DNA of 54,621 nucleotides, filler included, from Catajapyx aquilonaris (GCA_000934665.2; 3 parts of 3 records of this genome joined end to end with filler, not necessarily neighbours in it); one strand, 5' to 3'; counted from the first letter of the whole stretch, positions 38,355-50,900 are shown. The notes: generated by a model from the sequence alone, not told the origin. Numbers and translations: made by a program.

Positions 38355-38680
38355 CACAGTGGGGTATTTAGGTCGAAATGTTGGTCAAAATTATTTCTGT
38401 GGGTTTATGCTTCTAAAATGCTCTGATTCATTAATTTATGAAGTAATAGGGGAAGTAAAGTGGTTTTTGGTGACAAAAAGGCAGGCAGTATAAGCGGTCC
38501 CTTACTAGTATACAGGCCATATGTACGAATTACTCCATTTTGTGAGAAACTATTGCGGATTTCTCAGGAATCGTAGCCAATTTTGGGTTTTCATTGTCAT
38601 ATTCGTGATCAGCACATTGAAATCTTTAATAAATGTCTGCTTTGGAAGTTTGACTTTTGTCAAAATTTGTTGCCCAGTGA
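38355..38680. mobile_element. CAC-terminated DNA transposon remnant(s), Transib/Chapaev-like
   Basis: Starts CACAGTGGGG exactly where the host arm breaks; a ...aaatttgttgcccagtg terminus at ~38679. Confidence 0.45.
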
Positions 38681-38760
38681 TTTAAGCAATCGTTTTCTAG
38701 ATATTCAAGCTTTTTGTTGACATCTATAGGCCTTGTTACTGTTGTATCAAGTCATATAAT

Positions 38761-39117
38761 CGGGGGAGGCGAAGTGCGCAGCGGTAACGCTCGCGCCCAC
38801 GGATGTTAAGGTCCCGGGTTCGATCTCAGCCCGGGGACACCCCCTTCATTCCGTGCAGAGTGTGGGTCGTCTCTGGCTTCGTTTCTGGGTGGAATATCCT
38901 ACAGACAAATCCACCCGGGGGAGTTCACGAAATGACCTAGTACAGCATATGCACTGCACTTTGCACATCCCCTCCTGTCATCCCGCCCGTGGGCCCGGGC
39001 GATTCGTGAAAGGTTCCAACATGTAGCCTACGGATTTAATAATAATAAAGGTCTGTGCTGATGCCCGAAAGGGTGAGCACCATCCCACAATTATTATTAT
39101 TATTATTATTATTATTT
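38761..39117 (+). mobile_element. tRNA-derived SINE with (TTA)n tail, copy 2
   Basis: Homologous to 24241-24646; 12-bp TSD aagtcatataat at 38749-38760 and 39118-39129. Confidence 0.9.
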
Positions 39118-39524
39118 AAGTCATATAATTGTCTCCATACCATGACTTTGACTCATGATGACACTAGTTGAAAGAGGAAAAAAAATATAGTCGGAAAAAA
39201 GAGGTGCAAAAATTTACGCTTACAGCACAGGAGAAAAATGGGGGAGGGGGGATGAAATGGAGGGAAAAGGCGGGCCAGATTCTTTTATAGCTATGAAATA
39301 GAAGGCTGACTCTTCAAAATGACATAAATAAAACAGCTGGATAGGCTTGGGAAGTACAGCTTAATCATGTTTGAATATTTCACATTTGGCGAAAAAAGTA
39401 GGCAAAATATTACATAATTTCGAGGACTAATAACTTCTTATAGACTAGTAATATTATTGTAAGAAATTCTTTACAATGAAGTACACACCTTCTGAAGCTT
39501 CCATATTGGAACAGTTCACAAATA

Positions 39525-40202
39525 CAGGGTGATTACAAATGAATAGTATAATTACAAATGCATGTAGCTCCGTACCTATCAACCGTACATGAACGTGTTA
39601 TACACCAAATGAAAGAGGAGGTTTTAAAGTTTTTTTCATGCCTTATAAATGTTCTATATGATTTCCCTTGGTCACTCGAGAAACGTCGATCCGATAGTGC
39701 AATTCCTCCCATACTCGTGCTAGCATGTCCGTTGTCACTGACTCAACCGCAGTAACAATGCACTGGCATTCAGATGTTCGCCAGTTTCTGAACAATGTGC
39801 TCCTTCGTCGTTGGATAGGTCGCAGTGACCTGCAAGACTTGTCGCTTTACTGCTGGCCCCCAAGGTCGCCGGATTTGACGCCATGCGACTTCTTCCTTTG
39901 GGAGTACGTTAAGGCTGCTGTGTACGAGCCACCGATGCCAACAACCCTGGATGAACTCAAACATCGCATTGTTGCTGCGGTAGAGTCAGTGACAACGGAC
40001 ATGCTGGCACGAGTATGGGAGGAATTGCACTATCGGATCGACGTTTCTCGAGTGACCAAGGGAAGTCATATAGAACATTTATAAGGTATGAAATAAACTT
40101 CAAAACCTCCTCTTTCATTTGGTGTATAACACGTTCATGTGCGGTTGATAGGTACGGAGCTATATGCATTTGTAATTATACTATTCATTTGTAATCACCC
40201 TG
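39525..40202 (+). mobile_element. Tc1/mariner derivative built from two inverted 3' ends, with a transposase C-terminal fragment
   Basis: TA|CAGGGTGATTACAAATGAATAG ... CTATTCATTTGTAATCACCCTG|TA; ~237-bp arms; fragment RWIGR..WPPRSPDLTPCDFFLWEYVK..GSHIEHL* (to 40084). Confidence 0.93.
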
Positions 40203-41118
40203 TATTTTGTATAACTGAAAACAACACTAATGAATATGTGTCGCGCAGTAAATTGCGCTTAAAATTAGCTAAATGTTACGCGAACTGTCATCAACTTTCA
40301 ACTGCTGGTACGGACGAAGGGTTACACCTATGAGAAGTACAACTGCATGTCATAATAGCCTCGTCACTCATCTGTTCCAGGAAACGAAATTTTTTGGAAT
40401 CAGTAACATTAAAAAAAATCACATTTTGGCCAGCTTTGCATAATTAATGCGTATGGCGCCTTTAAAGTGTAGAGGGCCGGATGGTAAAATATGAGGTAAA
40501 TATGACATGTGCACAGGTGTCGTACCCGGATTCTTACTTTGATGGGATTTGATCACCTATTGCACATGGACGATGTGTTACGGAGCCAAGGCTGGATTGT
40601 TGCTTTTGCTTCTTTGTAGCTGGCGGAACGGATGTGATGACATCATGAAACTTCGATGGCGCCGCGCCGTATGCATTAACTATGCAACGGCGCCCAAAAC
40701 TATTTGCACATCCCTATATTAGTTTTGCCAGTCTATAAGTCTACCTGGCGATTTGGCGCGTTTCCCTTCACCCTCAGTCTGTACTAATGCTGCTACTAAT
40801 TAAGAGCTAATAAATGGCTCTCACCTTTGCTACGATGAACCGATTTCAGAGGGACTTGGGTCTCCTGTTTCCTTCTTCTCCTGCTGCACCGTGGACTGAT
40901 GGGGTCCATTCTTGTTCCGTTTCAACACGCCCTGCATACATGCTTTGGATACCTTGTAACCTTTCACCTTGCACTGTTGTACTATCTTAGACTGCGAGTA
41001 TCCCACGTCGAAAAGTGCTACTATGTATCCCTACCAAAATGGAGGTATTTTCAGGGGCATGGCGCACCGTCGAACGATTTCCTTACACTGACACATGCAG
41101 AATGTCACGGGCTCTTCG

Positions 41119-41337
41119 CATGGACGTAGCCAGGNNNNNNNNNNNNNNNNNNNNNNNNNNNNNNNNNNNNNNNNNNNNNNNNNNNNNNNNNNNNNNNNNN
41201 NNNNNNNNNNNNNNNNNNNNNNNNNNNNNNNNNNNNNNNNNNNNNNNNNNNNNNNNNNNNNNNNNNNNNNNNNNNNNNNNNNNNNNNNNNNNNNNNNNNC
41301 CCCCCCCCCCCCAACCTAAATCCTGGCTACGCCCATG
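41119..41337. mobile_element. hAT-like MITE spanning a gap
   Basis: CATGGACGTAGCCAGG ... CCTGGCTACGCCCATG; 8-bp TSD gctcttcg/tctcttcg (7/8). Confidence 0.75.
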
Positions 41338-41422
41338 TCTCTTCGTACATACCCATTTCACTCTACCCGGTTCATTGCAACTCTGTCACATGGCATTTCC
41401 AAATCGGTCACATAGACCTGAA

Positions 41423-41532
41423 CAGGGATGGAAAAAGAACCGCTTCTTTGGGAGGAAGCGGTTCTTTTTCCATCCCTGCACATGGAAAAAAGAAGCGCTT
41501 CTTGGAAGAAAGCGGTTCTTTTTCCATCCCTG
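41423..41532. repeat. Tandem pair of ~55-bp hairpins with hAT-like CAGGGATG ends
   Basis: cagggatggaaaaagaaccgcttc...gaagcggttctttttccatccctg followed by a second, slightly degraded copy. Confidence 0.75.
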
Positions 41533-41690
41533 GACCTGAAACAACCCTCCGTACATGTGTATTCTTTTTTGGTAGGACTCTATAACTTGGATGCAACAAA
41601 AGTGATAGAATGTTTGTTTCGCACTCTAGACTTGAAATAACACTGACGTTATTGAAACATATCCATCTGGTTCCTAACCATAAACATTAA

Positions 41691-42567
41691 GTGCTGGTTC
41701 ACATGGGGGCACTATCTGTGGCGGACACCTGCTACAGCAACTGGCCACTTGTGGAAATACACATGATTGAATGAAAGCACTCACACGTGGCCACAGCAGT
41801 GGCAAGGGTAGGCATCTGTGGGCCTGGCCTGGAGTGGCTTGGGAGTTGCTCGACCACGTGACTGAGTGGCAGGCCAGAGCGTCTTGACGCCTACAAGCGC
41901 TCAAGGCCACAGGCCACTAGGTAGCGGACCATTGCTTTGCATTGGTGCATGCACACGGAGTCACAGCCACAGGCCACTCATGCCTACCACAGGCCCAGTC
42001 ATATGTCCAGGCTAGTTCATGACACGAGGAAAGGGCAGTTTACCACCGTGGATTGTGCAATTAGTGAAGGAAATATTAATGTCGAAGATTTTATATCTGA
42101 TCTATAATCTTGCCTCAGACCTTGGAATATTTTATTTATTTTTAATTTAGTTTGTTTTACCTAATTCCCGTACATACATGTGGGAAGGGAGGGAGAAGCA
42201 CAACACTCACAAAAAGAAGCAACACAAAAAGTATTTACAACAGATATCCAGTTCCTACTTGCTACCATGAGAGTGGGGGGAAAAAAATAATCTTGGAATA
42301 GTGTATGGTACAGGCAAAGGATGAACTTCAATTTTCCTGTTTTGCCTACACTTTTTCTTCCTTTTCAATAGAAGGAGTAGCAATAGGGCATATAAAGCCA
42401 TATAATATGTTCTTCATTGGTTGCCATACTGAATCTGGCCCACTTGCTGTGGCGAGTGTCTGCTCCACTGCAGTGGCTGACTGGAGCGTTTGCAGTGCCG
42501 GGCCCGAGCGACTGCATTGGGCAGTGGCTGTGGCGTGCAACTGAAGTGGCCACATGTGAACCGGCAC
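41691..42567. mobile_element. Non-autonomous PIF/Harbinger element
   Basis: TAA|GTGCTGGTTCACATGGGGGCAC ... GTGGCCACATGTGAACCGGCAC|TAA, with many subterminal gtggc/gccac motifs. Confidence 0.8.
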
Positions 42568-42720
42568 TAAGTGTGCATGTTCAAAATCTCAACTGATGGC
42601 TGAATAAATAGACAACTCAATACTTCATATGGGTTATATTTACATTTCTTTCTATCAAAATATACATGTGCAATTAACACCAACTGATATGTGCCAAGTC
42701 CCTGAAATGTACAGTGCAAA

Positions 42721-42962
42721 TGAAGACCTCGGGGGAAGAAAGATCAAGGTCCACTTTTTGTCAAAAATGAGTTACATATCTCAAGATCCTTTCCCTAGTG
42801 AGAATGTGATGGTTTGGTCGTGGTTGTGGAGTAGTATGGAAGGCCCCGAAAGTGGGATTTACGAAGTGGGAAAGTGGAACCTTATGGGCCTTCGAAATTT
42901 AAAATACATTATCTCAGTTTCACCTCAGGTGAACCTTGATCGTTTTTCTCCCGAGGTCTTCA
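42721..42962. mobile_element. TIR MITE, unclassified
   Basis: tgaagacctcgggggaagaaagatcaaggtccac / gtgaaccttgatcgtttttctcccgaggtcttca. Confidence 0.7.
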
Positions 42963-44204
42963 AATAGAGAACAGTTTTATAGAGTCACCCTTCACCCACA
43001 TAAAATTGTTGTGGGTTTCAGATTAAACACAACCATGAATGACATATTAAAGGCAGGGTAACAAACAAGAATATGACAATTACACATACAGAGTAGTAAT
43101 TATTGACCATCACCCTCACATAACACTGATAACTCTCTCATTTCCTAAAAATAAACAGTCTTAACATTGTGAGAATCTAGATCTCTAATGAATGGTAGTG
43201 CTGCAATTGTGCAATGTAAAATTCATGGTAATGTGGTTTGTGTGCATATCACCCTACTCTCTTGACAATTTTTGAAATTCCCACCAGTGTACTGTATCAC
43301 CTTCAAATGGATGATTATCCAACGATGTTGTAATTTTAATGCGAAATAAATACCCCCATGGCTTCGCATATGATGCAGGGAATACACTCATTTCAGCCTG
43401 ATGTTCACATGAGTGTGGCTTGAAGTCAACCATGGAATGAAGCAATGGTGAAACAGGGGATTGGACAAGACATGCATGAACAAGGTTCATTGAAACAATA
43501 GCGAGCCAGTCAACTGTATGTGGATATCGTTAAAAATGAGTCCAAGAACAAAGATGGTAAAAATCAGGACAAGTCTCATCTTTCAGCAGCACGTGATCCA
43601 GAAGACTCATTCACTTGACCCCACTAATGTGACACAAAAACCCAGGCCAAGACTGGCCCCTGCGACTATATAGGTAACCACCTGGATTTGCTCATGTGAT
43701 GTTTCATGAATGCCAGGAGTTACCAGGGGAGGGTGGCTTGCCCAACATCCCTAACAGCTTGCTTCCTCTACTGACATGCTCAGTGCTCACCAACAGTGCC
43801 AATCAAAGCAAGCAGCATGAAATGCGACTGCTTTTGTTGCCTAGTAATAATAATAATACAGTGGAGCATCGATTATTATCCGAACAGAGTCTGCCAAGGG
43901 GGTGTTCGGATGACTGATTGTTTGGATAACCGACCATTTACGGAAAAAACTTGTACCGGTGTCATAGGAGCAATATGAAACTAAGAAACAGTGATATTAA
44001 CCCAGATATGCCGAGTGTACCCTATAGGGGACACCTGCACAGTTGTCGGTTTTAAATTTATTGTGTAGGCTCTTCTGCTGCTCTTGAGTTGGCAGCAGTC
44101 CAAAGTGCTTCAGTAGACTCTAGCCAACGCATTCTGGTTAAAACTGGCTCAGTGTGACTTCAGCTTTGGAAGGGGGAGCAGGTTGAAAATTGTAGCGGGA
44201 AAAA

Positions 44205-46633
44205 ATGGCTGCGCCTTTGCAGCCCAAAGCCGATAGGTAATTAATTCTCGTACATTGATTAGTGTTATAAGTAATTATTGTATGTAATACTTAGAAAACA
44301 TATGAAAGATGACGTAGGTGTGAAAATATAGGCATATTTTTTACTTCCCTTGTCTGAGGGCAGGGATGAAACCGGGTGTCCCCTATGAGGTACACTCGGC
44401 AAATCCACCACAAATGGACCGGAAAGTCAAGCACCGGTACTCTAGGCTACTGTATGCGTCCGGATTTTGTGCGATTTGTCAAACTGAATTTTTATGAATC
44501 CCTATTTTTAAAACGAGGGTTGCCTGGCAACTGGGTTACCATGGCAACCCATTGCCATGTACAATCAAACATACATGCATACAAACTTTCTCTTTTAGAT
44601 ACAGTGAAACCTGTGTATAGCAGAATAGCACGGGACCCTAAAATATTTTCCGTAATGAACACGTTATATTCGGGATCCGTTATAGACAGGATTCGCTGCT
44701 TACCTATTTTTATATGCAAGGCAAAGTTTGTGTGCCCGTTTTATACCCACTTCGTTGCTTGTTATAAAACTAGGAGAGGAACCTGTACGCACAGCTTGTT
44801 TCCATGATAATGTATTCAAATGGGTACAAAATCTGTACAAAATGGACAAACAAACAAAATTGTCTTCAGCCTACATTTATCTTCCTTCCAGTACACACAC
44901 ACTTGATGACATTTTGTTATTATTGGAAGACTGGGACATAGATGACAATGACGAAGTAGACTTGTACATCCAGCCTCCACTGAATGCAAATGACGATGTG
45001 ACAGACGAAGATACTGGGGACGAGGGCTCTGTCGGTTTAGACGATCTACCTGGATCACAGCTATTAGCCCCTGCTGAATTGCCCCAGGTTCTTCAAAATG
45101 ATGAAGTCAGCAACGAGGAGGAAATGTCTGACGCTGATGAATGGAGAGATCAACCTCCAAAGAAGAAACGCAAGAAAGAAAAGAAGAAGAAGTATCGATA
45201 CAATTGGTGTGACAGTTCCTTGAAATCTGAGGTGACAGATGACTGGCCAGAAAAGCAGACAGTTCGTAATGAATTGAGTCCGATGGAGTTATTTTTTTAT
45301 ATTTTTTTCTGGTGACATAATTTCTCTCCTATTGGAGAAAACCAATATGTATGCTGCCCTGCATAACAGGGCAGGTGATATCACCATCAATGAACTGTAT
45401 TGTTTCATTGCCATACTTTTGTTGAGTGGATATGTCTCAGCGTCACGAAGACTGGGAAACTGGACTTGATTCTCGCATTGAACTTGTCGCTGCATCCATG
45501 TCTAGGGACCGCTTTGAATTCATCATGAAAAATATTCACGCTTGTGAAAATGACAAATTGAATCAAGAAGACAAGTTTGCCAAGGTCCGCCCACTGTATG
45601 ATGCACTGAACGATAAGTTCTTACAACATGCCCCACATGAGGAAAACCATGCAATTGATGAGGCATGGTGCCTTACTATGGCTGCAACAGCCTCAAACAA
45701 TTCATGAGGGGAAAGCCCATAAGATATGGCTACAAAATATGGGTTGGTGCTACCTCCAAGGGCTATGGAATTTGGAAGGATCCTTACCAAGGCAAATGTA
45801 CCACTGTTAACCCTGTCTATAAAGATTTTGGTCTGGGGGCGGCTATTGTTCTGCAGTACTGTGATGTTTTGACCTCTGCACAGGCATTCCCTTATCATTT
45901 ATACTTTGACAACATTTTTGGGGGCCTTCCTTTGTTAGAGGAACTGAAAAACAGAAACATCAGGGCATCATGTACAATGCGAGAAAATCGCATCGCAAAC
46001 TGCCCCTTGCAGGATAGGGCTTCTATGAAGAAAACTGACCGAGGCACAATTGATTTCAAAACAGATTAAAAAAGTAACTTGACTGTTATGAAGTGGAACG
46101 ACAACAGCGTCGTCACAGCAGCATCTAATGCTATCGGAATCAATCCACTGCATAAAGTAACTCGTTTCTCCCGAAAGGAAAAGAAACATGTCACAATTTC
46201 CCAGCCCGACCTCATACATGAGTACAACAAAAATATGGGCGGCGTTGACAGGTGTGATCAAAACATGAGTTTATATCGTGTTGCAATCAGAGGAAAGAAA
46301 TGGTATTTCCCTTTGATAGTTGACTGCATTGATACCGCTGAACAAAATGCTTGGCAGTTGCATCGCTTAAATGGTGGTAAGTTAGACCACTTGACTTTCA
46401 GAAGAAGACTGGTTTGCAACATTCTTGAAACCTTTGGAAATAGCTGCACACGATCCCGAAAGTTCAAAGCAAAGCAGAAACTAGATTCCAGGTATGATCG
46501 GGTAGATCATTTTGTTGATGTCCAAGAGAAAAAAACCAGATGCGGACAGTGCCACATGAAATGCCCAACACGATGTGCCAAATGTGATGTAGGACTTCAT
46601 GCAAAGTGTTTCATAGCATTTCATACAAAATGA
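44205..46633 (+). pseudogene. piggyBac transposase, disrupted (predicted exon 1 44205-44236, exon 2 44892-46633)
   Basis: LYIQPPLNANDDVTDEDTGDE..LPGSQL; catalytic AIDE/MVPYYG, LYFDN and MGGVDRCDQ; C-terminal RCGQC..RCAKCDVGLHAKCFIAFH. Frameshifts near 45300, 45440 and 45665, and a stop near 46067. Confidence 0.93.
44602..44698. mobile_element. Small Tigger-like MITE inside the piggyBac intron
   Basis: TA|cagtgaaacctgtgtatagc versus gttatagacaggattcgctg. Confidence 0.5.
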
Positions 46634-46835
46634 TAAGTGTCAAATTTCACAAAAAGTGTCATTCGTGATAAGTTCTCAATTTATTAATTGTGATTGTTAT
46701 TATTAGTTGGGAAAAAGTGAGGTTATATTTATTATTTATTATGTAATATGTTATATTAGTTATTTCTTCATGTGTTGTGTTGTTTTGAATAAATTCAATG
46801 TTATAACTTTTACCTTTATTTCAATACAGCAGCCC

Positions 46836-46950
46836 ATATCTTATGTTTTCCTTACAGTATAATATACTGTAAGGAAAACGTAAGATATAGGCAAATGTAC
46901 CATCTAGTATGGCTATATATTATATAGCCATACTAGATGGTACATTTGCC
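46836..46950. repeat. Two adjacent palindromes in the piggyBac 3' region
   Basis: 46836-46888 near-perfect; 46890-46950 perfect, with 30-bp arms and a 1-nt loop. Confidence 0.95.
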
Positions 46951-47312
46951 AAGTGTCCCCTATAGGGGATGGCCCTTTTCTTACAATCTAGCATTCCATA
47001 AATTATTTTATCATTTTTGTTGTGTTTTGGGGACTATTACGAACTAATAAAAACCAAAAAAAAAAACAAATTTAAACAAAATAACTTTCAGGCATATCTG
47101 GGTTAACCACAAAACGGTATATTTTCTGTCACAGGCACGTCTTAAAAATACTGTACATGCACCTTACTGTCCTTACATGAAGTAGTCCTGCAGTTTAGGG
47201 GAGAAAAAAATGGGTTTTTTGGGTTTTTTGGGGGGTTTTTGGTTGTTTTTTTGGTTTTTTGCCGACCCGAAAACGTTCGGTTAATCGGTGTTCGGATAAT
47301 CGATGCTCCACT

Positions 47313-47313
<1 letters not shown>

Positions 47314-47378
<65 letters not shown>

Positions 47379-47626
47379 GATACCCTGTGATAGGCCTTGG
47401 GCCTCTTAGGGGATATTCTTTTCGTGAACTGACTTTATTCATTGCCTGCGTGTGATGGATTTTGATTGCAGGCGGAAACGGGAGAACCCCGAGAAAATCC
47501 ACCCGAACACGGAGAGAACCCATAGAAACTCTATCCACATAAGTATCCTCTGCGCGACCCGGGGATCGAACTCTGGACATTAGAGATGGAAGGCTGTGGC
47601 GCTAACCACTGCCACCGTGTCGCCCA
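47314..47626 (-). mobile_element. tRNA-derived SINE with (TTA)n tail; the tail continues at 43847-43858
   Basis: Minus strand GGTGGCAGTGGTTAGCG (A box), GAGTTCGATCCCC (B box); TSD tttgttgcctagta (43833) / tttgttgcatagta (47627). Confidence 0.9.
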
Positions 47627-47941
47627 TTTGTTGCATAGTATGGCAATGCATTTTAGCCAATATGCTACCAGAAAATCACACCACCATCCCTTTCCAGTTA
47701 TGCCTTCTTATTGGGAGACTCCACACTTTTACCTACTCTCCTAGGCAGCCCCATGTCACTTCCCCCTTAGTTGTATGGATATGGTAGTTTAATCCCTGGG
47801 TTTCGGCCAGGCTGGGAATTTGGCGCTGGCGGTGCTACATCATTCGCTATCCGCCATCTTTTTCAAGGTGCACTCTAGTGGTAAGTCTTGAAGACCCATG
47901 CGGGTGGCTGGCAAGTGAATCTGCCAAATGGCGTTAAAATA

Positions 47942-50900
47942 ATGGCGGTGTACTGTGCTATTTGTAGGCGCAGGAGACCTTCAAGATTCGCCTTTTTCAA
48001 AGTGCCCTCAGATTAGAGATTTCGCCAGTGGCAGGAGGCGCTACCACCAGGTAGTGAGATGCAGTTGAGAGCAGGTCGAGATTATATCTGCTAAGTTCAT
48101 TTCCGAGAGGAAGACATTTCAAGCGAAAAGGCTAAGCGGGATACGGAGGACGTGGTTGTGGCTAAGGTTAGTAGTGTATGATCATTAGGTACTTACAAGT
48201 CGTACACCAAATAAATTGGGCCACCCGAAAGGAAGTGAAGTTGGGGGGTAATTAAATTTTTTTAAGGGTCACTGATAGAGGTCACTCCAGCAAAGCCGAG
48301 TGATCTGCTAGTTAATCAATGAAAATATGTCATGGTATTGTCTATTTAAGGCCCAGCCAAATGTGCTATAATAAAATATTGCTCTTTAATTAATGTGACA
48401 TGGTTTAATAAATCCCTTCATTCAAAAATGCTCACAAAATTTGACATCTGCAGCTGGAGGCCATGATAACTTTTTTTTTTTTTTTCCAGTGGTAAAGTTT
48501 GGGTAATAATTATAAGGCTACATTGCATGTACACCTGAACTTCGTTTTTGACATGGTTATAATTTTTTTCTACAGATGGACTCTCATTCGCACCGACTTC
48601 AACTCAAGCATGATGCTGTGCCTCACCTACGGCTACAGGAGTGTTGCGTCTCTGGCCAGAACAAGCAATGGAACAGCAGCAAAGTAGCGACATCACTACT
48701 TCATGACCACACATATTATGTGAAGTCAGTGAAGAGGCCACGAGTATCAGCAGAAGGCGAGGAGGAAGAAAATGATCATGCCCATGACGTAGTGAGTAAT
48801 CCTGACACATTGCAATTCCATGAAGTGACTGGTAACGGCAAGATTACCCAACCATTCCAGGCCAATCATCCCTCAAGTGATACTGCAGCAATATCCATCA
48901 CCACATCAGACATCATACCGTGACGAACAAAGGTGTGGTGACGACTCGGGCCAAGACATTTTGTTTTCCATCCCTTCCTGCTCTTTGCAAAACTGTCCTG
49001 GCATGGAACAAGAAACTTCAAAATGTGCATTGAAAGATTTGACGAACATTTACAAAAACTCGGAACCAACTGGAGCAGAATAGTTCCAGTGGTAGGCCGT
49101 GTGATGGTGTGCTATTCTCAGGTCATCAATGAAGCAGATGAGAATCATCACATTGATCCCATTTACCATAAGAGCATATGTGTTGATGAAGATGGAAAGA
49201 TTACATGTAGTGTTTTGGGTATACCACTAGACGTAGCAAAGTTACGCGTACCAAATGAGTGGCTTAAATCTTCGAAGCACTTGAAAGACAATATTTGCCT
49301 GTGATAAAATCAAAGTATGTTAAGGTAGTATGTTGCGTGCAGATCATACCAACAATGGATGTCATGTATCAGCATTTGTGGACTGCCGTGGAAATGTATG
49401 CCATAAGAACTGCAGTCTGATAGTAGGCCACGGAAAGATGTGTGTCAAATGTAAGCAAGCAAGAAAGACTCAACTTCAAAAGGCGAACAGGCCTAACTCA
49501 GCAAAACGGATTCCCCTTAATGTCTCTCCCAAAAGGAAACCATGGTTACAGTTCCTTAGAAGTTCTTTGTACAGAAGTCAGCAAAGCCAGAAACAAACAC
49601 AGTTGAAAGTGATAAGAGCTGCAAGAAGAACTCCGCAAAACACAACTTGAGATGGCCGATATGAATGAGAAGTCTGTGCTTGCCCAGGTGCCATTCTATC
49701 AACAAACCACAGTCCAAGAAATTTTAAAAGCTCCAAAGGTTCAAGATGCTCATGGAAGAAGATATTCTGGAGACTGGATATTACTTTGTGTTCTTCTGCA
49801 CATAAGGTCTCCCTGCTCATACAACTTCCTTCGCCTTGCTCGAGAACTATTCGCAGATATTTGGCCAAAATCATAGATTTTGGTGAGGGGGATGTCCAGG
49901 GAACCGACTTGACGTAAAGGGCCACACATGCCCGCCCTAGTGTTGATGCTCCAGCTGCTTGCAGCACAATACACACAGCCTATAGGTGTGTTCGCCTCCA
50001 AAGGACCTGTAAAAGGGACTACCCTGGCCCAAATCATAATAAAAGCCATAACATTCCTGGAAAAAAGTGGAGCGAAAATTCATGGACTTGTGTCGGATGG
50101 AGCCCAAACCAACAGAAAGATGTGGTCATTGCTGGGAATCAGCGGTGAGCTGCAACACCTTGGGCAAGATGAGTGGAGCAAGTCATTTCAGCATCCCTTG
50201 GATCAAACCAGGCGTATTTTCGTCTTTTCTAACACCTCACACCTTATAAAGAACATAATACCGTCTTCATAAGAAACAAGAACTTCTGGTAAGTTATTTC
50301 TGAATGCAACATCCTACACCATGCCGTTTGCACACTGATCTCACAGGTTATAATTTAAATGTAGGTTCACCCCAACTCAGCTCCTGCAAAATGGCAGCAC
50401 TTTGTGACACTACATGAACATGACCTGCAGCTTCATGCTGAGCAGCGAGTATGTCCCAGGATAACATGGAATCACTTGGACCTGAGTAGCAGCAGCTCAA
50501 AATGCAAGTCATTCTTGCCACACAGGTAAGTGAAAAGTATGAAGTGAGTCACATTGTGGCCCTGTAGCCCTGCCAAGGAACAATATTGCTGAACTTGACG
50601 AAGAGTGCGTTTATTTGTATGTTTGCAGTAATGAGACATATAATCTACATTTACTTCCCTGTACTGCAGATATTCAGTAAATCTGTTGCCAATGGACTCG
50701 AATTTTATGCAGCCAAAGGAGTGAGGAGTTTGGATGACTGTGTGGGGACAGTTACCCTTTGTCGGATAATTAATGAGGCTTTTGATGCACTAACCCAGAA
50801 ACTACCAGACGAAGGAGTTGAAGGAGTTACTCCAGGTAGCGAGGATTACAAGGTTTGTGATGTAACTTTTTTCCCCTTATGCAGCATAATCATTGCTGAA

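Larger units (their letters stand above)
38262..40775. mobile_element. Tc1/mariner-type MITE with ~2 kb of nested insertions in its left arm
   Basis: ~90-bp TIR cagggtgaagggaaac..gcgccaaatcgccaggtagactt..ggatgtgcaattagttttgggc mirrored at 40690-40775. The left arm breaks at 38354 and resumes at ~40436 (ttgcataattaatgcgtatggcgc). Confidence 0.75.
44001..47102 (+). mobile_element. Full-length piggyBac transposon (PGBD3/PGBD2-like lineage)
   Basis: TTAA|CCCAGATATGCC ... GGCATATCTGGG|TTAA; subterminal motif gtgtaccctataggggacac with inverted copies at ~44376 and ~46950. Confidence 0.97.
43859..47313. mobile_element. pogo/Tigger-type MITE (~350 bp) split by the piggyBac
   Basis: TA|CAGTGGAGCATCGATTAT(TAT)CCGAAC ... 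GTTCGGATAATCGATGCTCCACTG|TA. Confidence 0.88.

Noticed and set aside
47634..47660. CATAG... as the left TIR of the P element
   Set aside because: It is part of the SINE's target-site duplication, and no matching right TIR was found.
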